Of a stretch of 61,591 nt of DNA, positions 1 to 10,593 are shown one piece after another. The position numbers were made by a program, and so were the translations under genes. Source of the DNA: Solirubrobacterales bacterium (GTDB lineage: Bacteria; Actinomycetota; Thermoleophilia; Solirubrobacterales; 70-9); contig DASYJK010000100.1 in NCBI GenBank assembly GCA_035996525.1, forward strand, positions 1-61,591, in the 5' to 3' direction. The notes under the pieces are model-generated. The model had not been told where the DNA came from. It did no database searches and saw only the letters and a list, made by a program, of their open reading frames with translations. Positions within the stretch are counted from its first letter, which is position 1. Each line of letters starts with the position of its first letter.

Positions 1-864
1 GGCTGCGGCGCCTCCAACGCGACGTCGGACTCGTCCAAGCCTGCTCCTTTCTCGAAGGTTGCCCAGGTCCCGTCGGCTTCGCACACCGTGCTGATCGTGC
101 TCGAGAACCATGAGCTAAACGAAGTGATCGGGGCCTCCGACGCTCCCTACCTCAACCAGTTGGCCTCACGGGGTGCGCTGGCCGTCAACTACCACGCGAT
201 CACCCATCCGTCGCTCCCCAACTACCTTGCCCTCGCAGGCGGCTCCACGTTTGGCATCAACGAAGACTGCACCGACTGCCTCGCCTCGGGCCCGAACCTG
301 GCCACGCAGCTCTCGGCCGCAGGCAAGACCTGGCGCGCCTACATGGGCGCGATGCCCAGTCCTTGTTTTGCCGGTGCCGAAGTCGGCAACTACGCCAAAA
401 AGCACAACCCGTTCATGTACTTCCCGTCGGTTACTTCAAGTCCCTCGCTCTGCGCGCGGGACGTTCCCGAAGCTCAGCTTCAGGCCGACCTCGCGCATCA
501 CCGCCTGCCGGCGTTTGCCTGGATCAGCCCCGATCTCTGCGATGACGCTCATAGCTGCGGGTTCGGCTCGGCAGATCGATACCTCCGCGGGATCGTCCCG
601 CAACTGCTTGGCACGCTAGGACCGGATGGCCTGCTCGCGATCACCTTCGACGAGGGAACGACGAATGCAAGCTGCTGTGACGGTGCGGCGGGCGGTCGCA
701 TCGCGACGATCCTGCTCGGCCCGCGGATCCGAAGCGGGGCTCGCCTTCACGCCGCCTACTCGGAGTATTCGCTTCTCGCCACGATCGAGGACCGCTTTGG
801 CCTGGCGCGCCTGCGCAACGCCCGCACCGCACCTGCGCTCGGCCCGGCTTTCACCACCGGCTGA
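1..864 (+). CDS. Phosphoesterase-family protein (AcpA / phospholipase-C-like), probable lipoprotein; 5' end cut by window edge
   Basis: Frame 1 is open from nt 1 (GCGASNATSDSSKPAP... looks like lipobox Cys + linker) and continues into listed ORF 88..864; blocks VLIVLENHE, HPSLPNYLALAGG, KKHNPF, ITFDEG are typical of the phosphoesterase family. Confidence 0.8.
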   Translation, partial: GCGASNATSDSSKPAPFSKVAQVPSASHTVLIVLENHELNEVIGASDAPYLNQLASRGALAVNYHAITHPSLPNYLALAGGSTFGINEDCTDCLASGPNLATQLSAAGKTWRAYMGAMPSPCFAGAEVGNYAKKHNPFMYFPSVTSSPSLCARDVPEAQLQADLAHHRLPAFAWISPDLCDDAHSCGFGSADRYLRGIVPQLLGTLGPDGLLAITFDEGTTNASCCDGAAGGRIATILLGPRIRSGARLHAAYSEYSLLATIEDRFGLARLRNARTAPALGPAFTTG

Positions 865-952
865 GATCTCATTTGCGCTTTATCCAGCTTGCGTAGCTTG
901 CCGCCCCATCCACGGAACCTGGTCTAAACGCACCCGTCCCCGGCACTCGAAG

Positions 953-1723
953 GTGCCCGAGGTGACCGCCTTCTTCTGGATCGTCAAGGCGCTGACGACC
1001 GGGATGGGCGAGTCGACCTCGGACTTCCTCGTCCACAAGCTCGTTCCCGAGATCGCCGTCGTCCTCGGCGGCATCGCTCTCGTGGTGGCGCTGTATCTGC
1101 AGTTCTCGACCGATCGCTACGTCCCCTGGCGCTACTGGCTCGCGGTGGCGATGGTCGGCGTCTTCGGCACGATGGCCGCCGACGTGCTGCACGTCGGCCT
1201 CGGCGTCCCCTACATCGCCTCGACGATCTTCTACGCGGTCGTCCTCGCCGTCGTTTTCCGCACCTGGTACGTGAGCGAGGGAACGCTCTCGATTCACAGC
1301 ATCACCACGGAGCGCCGTGAGATCTTCTACTGGGCCGCTGTCCTGGCAACCTTCGCCCTCGGCACCGCGGCCGGGGACCTGACCGCCGTCACCTTCGGGC
1401 TCGGCTACTTCGCCTCGGGGCTGATGTTCGCCGCGATCATCGCCGTGCCGGCGATCGGCTACTGGCGCTTCGGCATGAACTCGATCCTGGCCTTCTGGTT
1501 TGCCTACGTGGTCACCCGCCCGCTCGGCGCGTCCTTTGCCGATTGGCTTTCGGTCTCATCCGCCCGCGGCGGTCTCGCGCTCGGCACCGGGCCGGTCAGC
1601 TTCGTGCTGGCGGCGACGATCGCGGGATTCGTCGCCTACCTGACCGTGTCGGGCAAGGACACGCCGGCCCGCGAGGACGGCCTCGACCTGACCGCGCCGG
1701 AGGCATCGGGCTCGACCGCCTAG
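953..1723 (+). CDS. COG4705-type polytopic membrane protein (unknown function)
   Basis: Only the distal part of ORF 626..1723 looks coding; GTG 953 gives [26 protein letters not shown], the N-terminal signature I associate with COG4705, followed by about 6-7 hydrophobic helices. Start approximate. Confidence 0.6.
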   Translation: MPEVTAFFWIVKALTTGMGESTSDFLVHKLVPEIAVVLGGIALVVALYLQFSTDRYVPWRYWLAVAMVGVFGTMAADVLHVGLGVPYIASTIFYAVVLAVVFRTWYVSEGTLSIHSITTERREIFYWAAVLATFALGTAAGDLTAVTFGLGYFASGLMFAAIIAVPAIGYWRFGMNSILAFWFAYVVTRPLGASFADWLSVSSARGGLALGTGPVSFVLAATIAGFVAYLTVSGKDTPAREDGLDLTAPEASGSTA

Positions 1724-3708
1724 CTAGCCGCATTCGCCAGCTCGCCCGAAAGCCGCGCGATCATCGCGTCGAGCTCGGGCGCCTCGGATTCCCAGTCGGC
1801 GACGAGGCTGGTGAGGCTGCGCTGGCGAGCGGCGAGCAGCCGCTCGCGGACGGTCAGGCCGGCCTCGGTGAGCCGCGCCGGCGGGTCCAGCGAGGGCTCG
1901 GCCATGCCGCGTCCGCGCAGGCGTTCGACCGCCTCCGCCAGAAGCGCTTGGTCGTTCGCATCGCCGGCTTCGAGCGCCTCGCCGGGGATCGCGCCGTCAA
2001 CCGCCCGGCCGAGCAGCCAGACCTCGGCCGGGGTCAGCTCGACCTCGGCTATCTCGATCACGCCTTCGATGAAGCGGCGAGTGCGCTCGCGGCCGACGAG
2101 CCGGCTCAGCTCGCGGGTGATCTCGCGCAGCGAGTCGGTGTCCTGGGGCGGGGCGAAGGCGTCGCCGACGCCGCTGTCCTCGATCGTCTTGCGCAGCGGT
2201 CGCTCCTCCAGGATCCAGGCGAGCAGGAAGGCGACGGTGACGACCGCGGCAGCGATCAGGAAGACGGTCGAGATCGAATCGGTAAACGAGTGCACGTAGC
2301 TGTCGTGCAGCGCCGCCGGCAGTGCCTTCAGCTGGGCCGGGTCGATCTGGCCGGAGGCGAGCCCGGCGGCGGCCGGCGAGCCCGACGGCAGGCTGCCGGC
2401 CAGCTCGTCGGCGAGGCGATTGGCGAAGATCGCGCCGAGGATCGCGGTGCCGAGCGAGCCGCCGATCGAGCGGAACAGGGTCGCCGACGAGGTGGCGACG
2501 CCGAGCTGTGAGTAGGGCACCGCGTTCTGCACAGCCAGGACCAGCACCTGCATCGTGAAGCCGAGGCCGACGCCGAGCACGAGCATGTAGAAGGCGGCCT
2601 CGAAGGAGCCAGTGCCGGGCTCGAGGCGGGAAAGCAGCAGCAGGCCGATGGCGGCGATCGCGGTGCCGGCGATCGGGAAGCGCTTGTAGCGACCGTTGCG
2701 CGAGATCAGCTGGCCGGAGCCGATCGAGGCGGCCAGCAGGCCGATCATCAGCGGCACCAGCTGCAATCCCGAGGCGGTCGGGCTGAGCCCGCGCACTACC
2801 TGCTGGAAGAGCGGCAGGTAGGTCAGCGCGCCGAAGAGCGCGAAGCCGACGACGAAGCCGATCGCGCTGGTGACGCGGAAGACCGGGTTGCGGAACAGCT
2901 CCGGCGGCAGGATCGGCTCCGGCGCGGTGTGCTCGACCCGGACAAAGGCGGCCAGCGCCAGCGCCGACAGCGCCGCGAGCCCAACGATCGTGGCCGAGTC
3001 CCAGGCGTAGGTGGTGCCGCCGAGCGTGGTCAGCAGCACCAGCGAGGCCAGCGCCGTGCCGAGCAGCGCCGTGCCGAGGTAATCGACCCGGTGCTGCTTG
3101 CGCTCGCTGACGCCCGGCAGGGCGATCGCCAGCACGACCAGCGCCAGCGCTCCCAGCGGCAGGTTGATGTAGAAGATCCAGCGCCAGCTGGCGTGGCTGG
3201 TGAAGAAGCCGCCGATCAGCGGTCCGGCGACGCTGGCGACGCCGAAGACGGCGCCGAAGAGGCCCATGTAGCGGCCGCGCTCGCGCGGCGAGACAACGTC
3301 GCCGACGGCAGCCTGGGCGCTCACCATCAGGCCGCCGCCGCCGAGTCCCTGGATCGCGCGGAAGCCGATCAGCTCGGTCATCCCCTGCGCCTGGCCGCAG
3401 AGCGCGGAGCCGATCAGGAAGAGGATCAGCGCCCCCTGGAGGACGATCTTGCGGCCGTAGAGATCGCCCAGCTTGCCGTAGAGGGGCGTGACGATCGTGA
3501 TCGCCAGCAGGTAGGAGGTGACGACCCAGGAGAGGTGATTGAGCCCGCCGAGTTCCCCGACGATCGTCGGCAGCGCGGTCGAGACGATCGTCTGGTCCAG
3601 CGCCGCCAGCAGCATCGTCAGCATCAGCGCGCCGATCACGATCAGCACGCGCCGTTTCGGCGTCGCCTCCGCGGCCTCCGCGATGTCGGGTGCGGTCGCC
3701 TCCGCCAT
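1720..3708 (-). CDS. MFS transporter, DHA2 (EmrB/QacA-like, 14-TM) drug exporter with about 150-aa cytoplasmic C-terminal extension
   Basis: [33 protein letters not shown], many TM segments; C-terminal soluble tail (LRKTIEDSG...[12 protein letters not shown]). Confidence 0.9.
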   Translation of the reverse strand: MAEATAPDIAEAAEATPKRRVLIVIGALMLTMLLAALDQTIVSTALPTIVGELGGLNHLSWVVTSYLLAITIVTPLYGKLGDLYGRKIVLQGALILFLIGSALCGQAQGMTELIGFRAIQGLGGGGLMVSAQAAVGDVVSPRERGRYMGLFGAVFGVASVAGPLIGGFFTSHASWRWIFYINLPLGALALVVLAIALPGVSERKQHRVDYLGTALLGTALASLVLLTTLGGTTYAWDSATIVGLAALSALALAAFVRVEHTAPEPILPPELFRNPVFRVTSAIGFVVGFALFGALTYLPLFQQVVRGLSPTASGLQLVPLMIGLLAASIGSGQLISRNGRYKRFPIAGTAIAAIGLLLLSRLEPGTGSFEAAFYMLVLGVGLGFTMQVLVLAVQNAVPYSQLGVATSSATLFRSIGGSLGTAILGAIFANRLADELAGSLPSGSPAAAGLASGQIDPAQLKALPAALHDSYVHSFTDSISTVFLIAAAVVTVAFLLAWILEERPLRKTIEDSGVGDAFAPPQDTDSLREITRELSRLVGRERTRRFIEGVIEIAEVELTPAEVWLLGRAVDGAIPGEALEAGDANDQALLAEAVERLRGRGMAEPSLDPPARLTEAGLTVRERLLAARQRSLTSLVADWESEAPELDAMIARLSGELANAAS

Positions 3709-3754
3709 GCCGGTCAGGGTAACCGCCGCCTGCCGCCGGCTCGCGGTCCAGGAG

Positions 3755-4051
3755 CTAGCGGCTGTGCAGCAGGCGCCCGACGGCGCCCATCATCTCCTCG
3801 GTCAGCTCCTCGCGGTCGGCGGGGTCGGCGGCGCCGATCACGCAGTGGCGCGCGTGCTCACCGAGCAGGGCCAGGGCGACCTTGTCGAGCGCCGCTTGCG
3901 CGGCCGAGATCTGGGTGAGGATGTCGATGCAGTAGCGCTCCTCCTCGACCATCCGCTCGAGGCCGCCGACCTGGCCCGAGATCCGCCGCAGGCGGTTCTT
4001 GATCTTGTCCTTGTCCTCGATGTAGCCGGGGTGCTCCGGGCGCTTGGCCAT
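3755..4051 (-). CDS. csoR: CsoR/RcnR-family metal-sensing transcriptional repressor
   Basis: 98 aa, [37 protein letters not shown]..., Cys/His ligand pattern C-H-C of CsoR; divergent from a copper ATPase. Confidence 0.9.
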   Translation of the reverse strand: MAKRPEHPGYIEDKDKIKNRLRRISGQVGGLERMVEEERYCIDILTQISAAQAALDKVALALLGEHARHCVIGAADPADREELTEEMMGAVGRLLHSR

Positions 4052-4090
4052 CTCGCTCCTTTTCGGGGTCGTCTTAGCGGAGTGTATCCG

Positions 4091-4107
4091 ATACCCCCCT
4101 AGGGTAT
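4091..4107. promoter_or_regulatory. Candidate CsoR operator in csoR/copA divergent promoter
   Basis: ATACCCCCCTAGGGTAT: GC-tract-centred inverted repeat (ATACCC...GGGTAT) 13 nt upstream of copA ATG, matching the TACCC-N-GGGTA style of described CsoR boxes. Confidence 0.6.
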
Positions 4108-4119
4108 GATGGTGAGGAT

Positions 4120-6369
<2,250 letters not shown>

Positions 6370-6378
6370 AGAGGACCG

Positions 6379-6870
6379 TCAGAAGGGCGCATCGGGCGGG
6401 TCGGCGGGCTCACTTGCCCCTTCGATCGTCTGCCATTCATCTTCCCGTTCGAATCGTTCCCTGAGCGGGAGCGTCGGGTCGGGGCGGCGGACGACCAGGT
6501 CGAATAGCTCGCGCAGGTCCTCCTCGTGGACCTGCCGGTACAGGTCGTCACCGCGGTATTCGAAGGCGTTTGCCTCGTCGTCGAGATGGATGTATCGGCG
6601 GGTCCAGTAGTGCTTGTACGCCTGCAGGCGCTTCCCGCCCTTAAGCTCGATCTCGACCGTCCACATGAATTCATCGACGTAGATGCGAGCCAGATAGAGG
6701 ATCGGCTCCCAGTTGGGCTCCGACCAGTTGATGCATTGCCGCGCTTTGACCTTGGTTGCTTCCTCTTCGGTTCCATCGGCCGATCCTGGCTGGCCAAACT
6801 TGACCGAACAAGACGTGTGCGTGCCGATTACGTGCCGGGACCGAGGCGGCTTCGGATCGGCGTTTCTCAC
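6379..6870 (-). CDS. Hypothetical protein (no recognised domain), lower-GC orphan
   Basis: Only the 3' third of ORF 6379..7794 looks coding (…INWSEPNWEPILYLARIYVDEFMWTVEIELKGGKRLQAYKHYW…); GTG 6870 overlaps the TGA of the upstream gene as GTGA. Start tentative. Confidence 0.5.
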   Translation of the reverse strand: MRNADPKPPRSRHVIGTHTSCSVKFGQPGSADGTEEEATKVKARQCINWSEPNWEPILYLARIYVDEFMWTVEIELKGGKRLQAYKHYWTRRYIHLDDEANAFEYRGDDLYRQVHEEDLRELFDLVVRRPDPTLPLRERFEREDEWQTIEGASEPADPPDAPF

Positions 6871-7958
6871 CGCTGCGGCAGCGTGAACACCGGCAGCGGC
6901 TTGTCGATCGGCTCGCACAGCGCCGCCGGCATTTCCTCGCGCACGAGGGTGCGGCGCAGCTGGAAGAAGGCGACGGCGCCGAGGATCGCCGGGATTCCGA
7001 GCTGGACGACCCGGTAGGCGAGCACGGCCGCCGTCGCCTGTGAGAGCGGGCTGCCGTAGAGGGTGAGGGCGCCGATCAGGCCGCCGTCGATTCCCCCGAT
7101 CCCGCCCGGCAGCGGAATCAGCCCGCCGAGCTGGCCGATCACGTAGGCGAAGACGAAGGCGGCGAAGGGCGGGGTGCTGCCGAAGGCGGCAAAGGCGGCG
7201 GCGAGGGCGACGACGTCGAGCGCCATGTAGCCGATCGAGCCGAGCAGGGCGTAGGGCTGTCCCGACCGCAGCAGGACGGCCGCGTCGTGAACGCCGTCGG
7301 CGATGGAGACGGCGGCGCGGCCGACGAAGTGGACGGCGCGGGCGCGCCTGCCCTCGGGCGCCACGGCTCCGCTCCGCTCCGGCCCGACCTGGCGCAGGAT
7401 CCGCGGCAGCACCGCGACCAGGACGATCGCCGCCACCGCCAGGCCGCCCAGCGCCCAGGTGAGGATCAGCGGTCCGCCGCCCGGCAGAGCCCCGGTCGCC
7501 AGCGCCAGCCCGAAGAAGGCGGCGCAGAGAAAGTTCGGGGCACTGGTGAGGACGAAGAAGGCGACGCTGCGCCGCGCGATCCGGTCGGCGTTCATCCCGC
7601 CCTGCCGCAGTGCCCAGGCTCCCAGCGCCAGCCCGCCGACCCCGCCCGCCGGCACCAGCACGTTCGTCCCCTGCTCGGCCATCCCGATCTCGTAGCTGAA
7701 CCGCCACCCCAGCCGTGTGCAGAAGACCCCCCGGAACGCCACCACATAGGAGAGGCAGGAAGCGACCTCGAGGAAGAACAGCGCCACCAGCCACCCCGCC
7801 TGCGCGTGCGCAAACCGCTGCCGCACCTCGTCCAGTCCAGGCAAGGTGCTTATAAGGAGCGCAACGATCACCCCGACGAGCACCAGCCCACCGGCACGGC
7901 GAGCGAACCCGCCGACGCTCAGTTCGCGCGGAAGCGGTTCCGGGACTGGAAGAGACAT
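6867..7958 (-). CDS. Flippase-like / lysylphosphatidylglycerol-synthase-TM-region family (UPF0104) membrane protein
   Basis: 363 aa, about 8 TM helices, glycine-rich C-terminal block GQLGGLIPLPGGIGGIDGGLIGAL typical of this family. Confidence 0.7.
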   Translation of the reverse strand: MSLPVPEPLPRELSVGGFARRAGGLVLVGVIVALLISTLPGLDEVRQRFAHAQAGWLVALFFLEVASCLSYVVAFRGVFCTRLGWRFSYEIGMAEQGTNVLVPAGGVGGLALGAWALRQGGMNADRIARRSVAFFVLTSAPNFLCAAFFGLALATGALPGGGPLILTWALGGLAVAAIVLVAVLPRILRQVGPERSGAVAPEGRRARAVHFVGRAAVSIADGVHDAAVLLRSGQPYALLGSIGYMALDVVALAAAFAAFGSTPPFAAFVFAYVIGQLGGLIPLPGGIGGIDGGLIGALTLYGSPLSQATAAVLAYRVVQLGIPAILGAVAFFQLRRTLVREEMPAALCEPIDKPLPVFTLPQR

Positions 7959-8006
7959 CTCGGCGATCTTCGCAGCCGCCGGTGCCGGGCTCGGGAGGGC
8001 GCGGTC

Positions 8007-8684
8007 TCAGGCGGAGGGAAAGTGCCGGGCCAGCGCCGCGGCGATCTCCTGGATCTGCTCTGGGCCCAGATCGCCCGGTTGGTTTAGATACTTGGCGAGC
8101 TTGCGTGGGGAGAAGAGCGAGTGCCCGCGGATGCTGAGCGTGCGCAGCAGTGGGATACCCCTTCCGCTCGATCGCCCGGCCGGGGTGAGGAAGCAGAGGC
8201 AGGCCGCGACGGGAACCCCCGGCGCGATCCCGCCGACCGCCGACTCGACCGCTTGGGCCTGTCGCTCCAGACCATCGACGAGCTTGGTCTTATCGCGGCC
8301 GCGAATGACCAGCTTCGCGTCGCCGAAGAACGGCTTGAGGACCTCGATCTTCCCCTTGTAGCGCTTCGCGTCGATGACGTAGACGCCCGAAGGGGCAATC
8401 GCGAGATGGTCGATGTTCGCGCGACTGCGGGGCATCCGCCGGTCGTGGAGGACGATCACGCCAGGGCAGCGACGCAATAAGGAGGCCGCGAGCTCCTCCT
8501 CGCCGGCCGCTCCCGTCGCCCAGGCCTTCTCATGCTCGGGCGCGTCTTGCAGCTTCAGGAGCAGATTGCCGATCCGGGGGTGACGCTCCCGCACCGCGTC
8601 CTCCCGCTTCGCCCGCCGCCGCTCGTACTCACGTCGCCCACTGGCTCCGGCGATCCCGCGATTGATATCTGTTTGATCAGCCAT
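8007..8684 (-). CDS. NERD (nuclease-related) domain protein
   Basis: GAAGEEELAASL..., VLHDRRMP.SRANIDHLAIAPSGVYVIDAKRYKGKI is the NERD core; ATG 8684 preceded by AAGGTCGGGG; alternative start 8759. Confidence 0.7.
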   Translation of the reverse strand: MADQTDINRGIAGASGRREYERRRAKREDAVRERHPRIGNLLLKLQDAPEHEKAWATGAAGEEELAASLLRRCPGVIVLHDRRMPRSRANIDHLAIAPSGVYVIDAKRYKGKIEVLKPFFGDAKLVIRGRDKTKLVDGLERQAQAVESAVGGIAPGVPVAACLCFLTPAGRSSGRGIPLLRTLSIRGHSLFSPRKLAKYLNQPGDLGPEQIQEIAAALARHFPSA

Positions 8685-8788
8685 CCCCGACCTTATCGGT
8701 GAGTTGCCGGGCCACTTGAGGGTCGCTGGTTCGTCGCGAGGCGGCTTCGCAGCGCTCAAAGGAGGTCATCCGCTTTAGGGTTCTATCC

Positions 8789-9721
8789 ATGCCGCCGAAG
8801 TGGGAACTGAAACCTGGCGCCAGGATCGAGCGCGTCGCGATGCAGAAAGAGCTCGGTGGTAGTCGCCAAGGAGGGATCGCCCCCTCACGACAGAGCCCGA
8901 ACGTCTTTGTCTTCTCTGACCCGGTCGCGGGGGAGCAGCACGGGTACTACGACGGTTGGCTTGGAGATGGATGCTTCCATTACACCGGCGAGGGTCAGCG
9001 CGGTGATCAGGTGATGAAGGCGGGCAATGCGGCGATCCTCAACCACCACGCTGAGGAACGCGCTCTCCGGGTTTTCATGGGCGCTCGCCAAACCATTACT
9101 TATCTCGATGAGTTCGAAGTGGACGACGCGGAACCGTTCTACCGAACCGACGCGCACGAGACCAAGAACGGGCCACTTAGAGAGGTCATCGTCTTTCGGT
9201 TGCGTCCCAGGAACATCGAACCGACGGAGCCAACCTCGAAACTTGCCGACGTTCTTACCGGTCCAACGAGGAAAGATGTACCGATTGAGCAGCAGCACAC
9301 CGAGAAGGCGTATGTGTCTCCTGCCAGTGAGCCGTACGAGTCTGATCGACGCGAGCAGCGCTTGGTCCTTGCTCTCGAACTTCATCTCCGCCACCTCGGA
9401 CACGAGGTTGTCCGGCAGCAGCTTCTTCCCCCGGGTGAGGCGCGTCCGCTCCTAACGGACCTCTTTGACGCAACCACCAACACCTTGGTTGAGGCAAAGG
9501 GGACCGTTGAGCGAAACGCGATTCGCATGGCGATTGGCCAACTCGCCGACTACAAGCGTTTCTACGGAGAGGGCCAACCCAATCACTTAGCGGTTTTGGT
9601 GCCCTCAGAGCCCCGGAAAGATCTGTGCGAGCTCTTGTTCAGCCAGGGAATCGATCTGATTTACCAGACCCCGTCGGGCTTCGAAGATTCCACTGGAGGC
9701 GCCTTGGTCACCGGCAGCTGA
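8789..9721 (+). CDS. SRA(YDG)-like domain fused to PD-(D/E)xK nuclease; candidate modification-dependent (type IV) restriction endonuclease
   Basis: N-term GYYDGWLGDGCFHYTGEGQRGDQVMKAGNAAILNH...ALRVF parallels the SRA core (Y.DD...F.YTGSGG...DQ...N.AL...VRV); C-term DLFDATTNTLVEAKG = D-x(n)-E-x-K. Confidence 0.6.
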   Translation: MPPKWELKPGARIERVAMQKELGGSRQGGIAPSRQSPNVFVFSDPVAGEQHGYYDGWLGDGCFHYTGEGQRGDQVMKAGNAAILNHHAEERALRVFMGARQTITYLDEFEVDDAEPFYRTDAHETKNGPLREVIVFRLRPRNIEPTEPTSKLADVLTGPTRKDVPIEQQHTEKAYVSPASEPYESDRREQRLVLALELHLRHLGHEVVRQQLLPPGEARPLLTDLFDATTNTLVEAKGTVERNAIRMAIGQLADYKRFYGEGQPNHLAVLVPSEPRKDLCELLFSQGIDLIYQTPSGFEDSTGGALVTGS

Positions 9722-10146
9722 TGTGGATCCAGCGGACGATCCGGTTGCGGGCCCGCCCCCGCGGCTTCCACCTCGTCACCGCGGAGGTGCTCGACGCGCT
9801 GCCGGAGCTGAGCGATCTCTCGGTCGGGATCCTGCACCTGCTGATCCAGCACACCTCGGCCTCGCTGGGGCTGAGTGAGAACGCCTCGCCGGAAGTGCGC
9901 CATGACTTCGAGGCCTGGTTCGACCGTGCCGTGCCCGAAGGCGCCCCGTACTGGACCCACACCCTGGAGGGCGACGACGACATGCCCGCCCACGTCAAGG
10001 CGGCTCTGCTCGGGCCGTCCCTGACCCTGCCGCTGAGCGACGGACGCCCGGCGCTGGGCACCTGGCAGGGCATCTACCTCTGCGAGCACCGTGACCACGG
10101 CGGCTCCCGCTCGCTGGTCGCGACCGCCTCGGGCGAAGCTCGGTGA
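9721..10146 (+). CDS. YjbQ/UPF0047 family (secondary thiamine-phosphate synthase-like) protein
   Basis: MWIQRTIRLRARPRGFHLVT..., HTSASL..NENA.P.V..D, HVKAALLG.S..LP: family hallmarks; ATG 9721 overlaps previous TGA by 1 nt (TGATG). Confidence 0.85.
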   Translation: MWIQRTIRLRARPRGFHLVTAEVLDALPELSDLSVGILHLLIQHTSASLGLSENASPEVRHDFEAWFDRAVPEGAPYWTHTLEGDDDMPAHVKAALLGPSLTLPLSDGRPALGTWQGIYLCEHRDHGGSRSLVATASGEAR

Positions 10147-10248
10147 CGTTCCGCCGGCCCGCTGTCCTTTTCGGCCGATCCCGTTCGTCTTTGAATTAGC
10201 TCCGCGCTCAGCACGGGCGTGCGACCATCCCAGATCAAGGAGGCCTCA

Positions 10249-10593
10249 ATGCAATACATGCTGCTGATCTACTCGGGCGACTCGATGGAGGAGTTCGACC
10301 GGCTCTCGGAGTCGGAGCAGAAAGCGATTCTCGGCGAGTACTACGCGATCTCCGAGCTCCCCGCCGTCATTGGCGGCGACCAGCTGCAGCCGTCCCAGAC
10401 GGCGACCACGATCCGGGTCGAGGACGGCCGCACCCTGACCACCGACGGTCCCTTCGCGACGACGAAGGAGGTGCTCGGCGGCTACTACCTGCTCGAGGCC
10501 GACGACATCGACGCGGCGCTGGAGATCGCCGCCCGCATCCCGGCCGCCCGGCTCGGCGGCGCGATCGAGGTGCGGCCGGTGGTGGAGCGCTGA
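10249..10593 (+). CDS. YciI-family (DGPF) protein
   Basis: MQYMLLIY..., TDGPFATTKEVLGGYYLLEADDIDAALEIAARIP; AGGAGG 6 nt upstream of ATG 10249. Confidence 0.85.
   Translation: MQYMLLIYSGDSMEEFDRLSESEQKAILGEYYAISELPAVIGGDQLQPSQTATTIRVEDGRTLTTDGPFATTKEVLGGYYLLEADDIDAALEIAARIPAARLGGAIEVRPVVER

Noticed and set aside
1543-2511. Long ORFs antisense to or out of frame with real genes (e.g. 1543..2511, 2929..3918, 4597..5715, 10485..11615, 11665..13671, 20289..21884, 25601..26791, 25743..27002, 33286..34257, 43572..44549, 50961..52148, 51290..52168, 56428..57945)
   Set aside because: Their translations are Arg/Pro/Gly/Ala-rich low-complexity strings. They overlap ORFs that carry clear family motifs. 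Stop-free shadow frames are expected in DNA this GC-rich.
6871-7794. Upstream two-thirds of the 471-aa ORF 6379..7794
   Set aside because: It overlaps the flippase-like gene (6867..7958) in another frame and translates to RRxGRPxx junk. Only 6379..6870 looks coding.
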